A stretch of DNA of 64,000 nucleotides, taken from assembly GCA_964252035.1 (NCBI GenBank), contig OZ176207.1. One strand, given 5' to 3'. The notes under the pieces were generated by a model. It searched no databases, was not told the origin of the DNA, and was given only the letters and a program-made list of their open reading frames with translations. This DNA is from Podarcis erhardii. Lineage: Eukaryota. Both the position numbers and the translations under genes were made by a program. Below are positions 62,863-64,000 of the stretch, piece by piece (the first letter of the stretch is position 1; the number at the start of each line of letters is the position of its first letter).

Positions 62863-63124
62863 CAGTGTGGTGTAGTGGTTAAGAGCAGTGGACTCATAAT
62901 CTGGTGAACTGGGTTCGATTCCCTGCTCCTCCACATGCAGCTGCTGGGTGACCTTGGGCTAGTCACACTTCTCTGAAGTCTCTCAGCCTCACTCACCTCA
63001 CAGAGTGTTTGTTGTAGGCGAGGAAGGGAAAGGAGATTGTTAGCCACTTTGAAACTCCTTAGGGTAGTGATAAAGCGGGATATCAAATCCAAACTCCCCC
63101 TCCTCCTCCTCCTCCTCCTCTTCC
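62863..63124 (+). mobile_element. tRNA-derived CORE-type SINE (Squam3-like), (CCT)n tail
   Basis: A box tggtgtagtggtt and B box gggttcgattccc; collinear with 26168-26472. Confidence 0.9.
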
Positions 63125-63200
63125 TGCCACAAGAGTGGAGCTAGCTAGGGCTAGAGCTGGGTTTTTATGCTCTCACCCTTGCAGCTAGTGGGGGCCTGTC

Positions 63201-63344
63201 TTAACAGACTACACTACAGTATAGTGTAAACATAACTTTTATATGCACTGGGGGGCAACACAAAATGTGTGACTCGTTTTATTGCAATATTCACTTTATT
63301 GTGATGGTTTAGAACCAAACCCACAATATCTCCAAGGTATGCCT
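63201..63344 (-). mobile_element. Tigger1-like DNA transposon 5' terminal fragment
   Basis: Minus strand aggcataccttggagatattgtgggtttggttc...cagtgcatataaaagttatgtttacactatactgtag matches my recollection of the Tigger1 5' end. Confidence 0.7.
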
Positions 63345-64000
63345 AAATAACTAAATAGAATGTTTAACCAGATTATCGAAGTTGCAGTCCTAATGACATG
63401 AGAGATTGGCAGATCTATCCTTGTCTACTCAAAATAAGCCTCATTGAGTTCATTGAGACTTAATCTCTGGTAAGCCTATAGGATTGCAATCTAAATCCTG
63501 ACAAACACAATAGGGCTAACATCTTATTGAAACAATTGGAGGTTGCAAAATAATGTGTAAAGATTTCTCCCATTGTGCAAGATTTAAACAAGTGGTCTTT
63601 TGAAATGTAAAATTAGTGAAGATACAGTGATAATTGAGAAGGGTTGCCTTTGTCTTTCCTCTCCCTGTCTGTCTCTTGTTCTCAATTGACTCTTCTAGCA
63701 TGTGCTGGAGGTCACTGTAAATCACAGGCTATCAACAGCATTATCCATGTGTTCTTATTGCTAAATTTTTATACCCTACCTTTTTGCAAAGTAGCATAAA
63801 ATTCCTAGAATTTTATGACCGTATGATTTTAAAAAGACAAAAACCTAGAAAACAGCAGAAGAAAGCAGCAGCAAAGAAAATTGGATAATAATACTAAAAC
63901 TAGTCAAAATTTGGTCTGGCCCCTGATTTGTCACTTAGGAAATAATAATAATAATGGAGATAGCTCTTTTCTTTTTGACAGAAATGGATGGAATTTGCAC

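Overview
Vertebrate non-coding DNA, most likely from a lacertid lizard (inferred from the Sauria SINE, BovB/RTE, CR1, L2 and Tigger-like repeat spectrum). I could not recognise any host protein-coding exon, so this looks like a large intron or intergenic region, with one 204-N assembly gap at 35336-35539. The only real coding sequence is retrotransposon-derived: a young, 5'-truncated CR1 LINE on the minus strand (49342-52720; end of the ORF1 esterase plus EN-RT ORF2 broken by one stop and one frameshift), an older deleted CR1 facing it tail-to-tail, and two BovB/RTE 3' fragments. The rest is a dense mosaic of Tc1/mariner-type and hAT MITEs, tRNA-derived SINEs, L2/CR1 fragments, solo LTRs with 5-bp TSDs and microsatellites. 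The most notable observations are: (1) a ~130-bp non-coding repeat carrying a minimal type-I hammerhead ribozyme fold (Penelope/retrozyme-like), present in four copies including one head-to-head inverted copy; (2) an LTR-like family whose copies lack a normal TSD and appear to sit in a fixed CACGCAA target; (3) two SINEs with the same CR1 tail but different tRNA heads; (4) a fragment closely resembling the mammalian Tigger1 5' end. Family names come from my recollection of consensus sequences and were not checked against any database.
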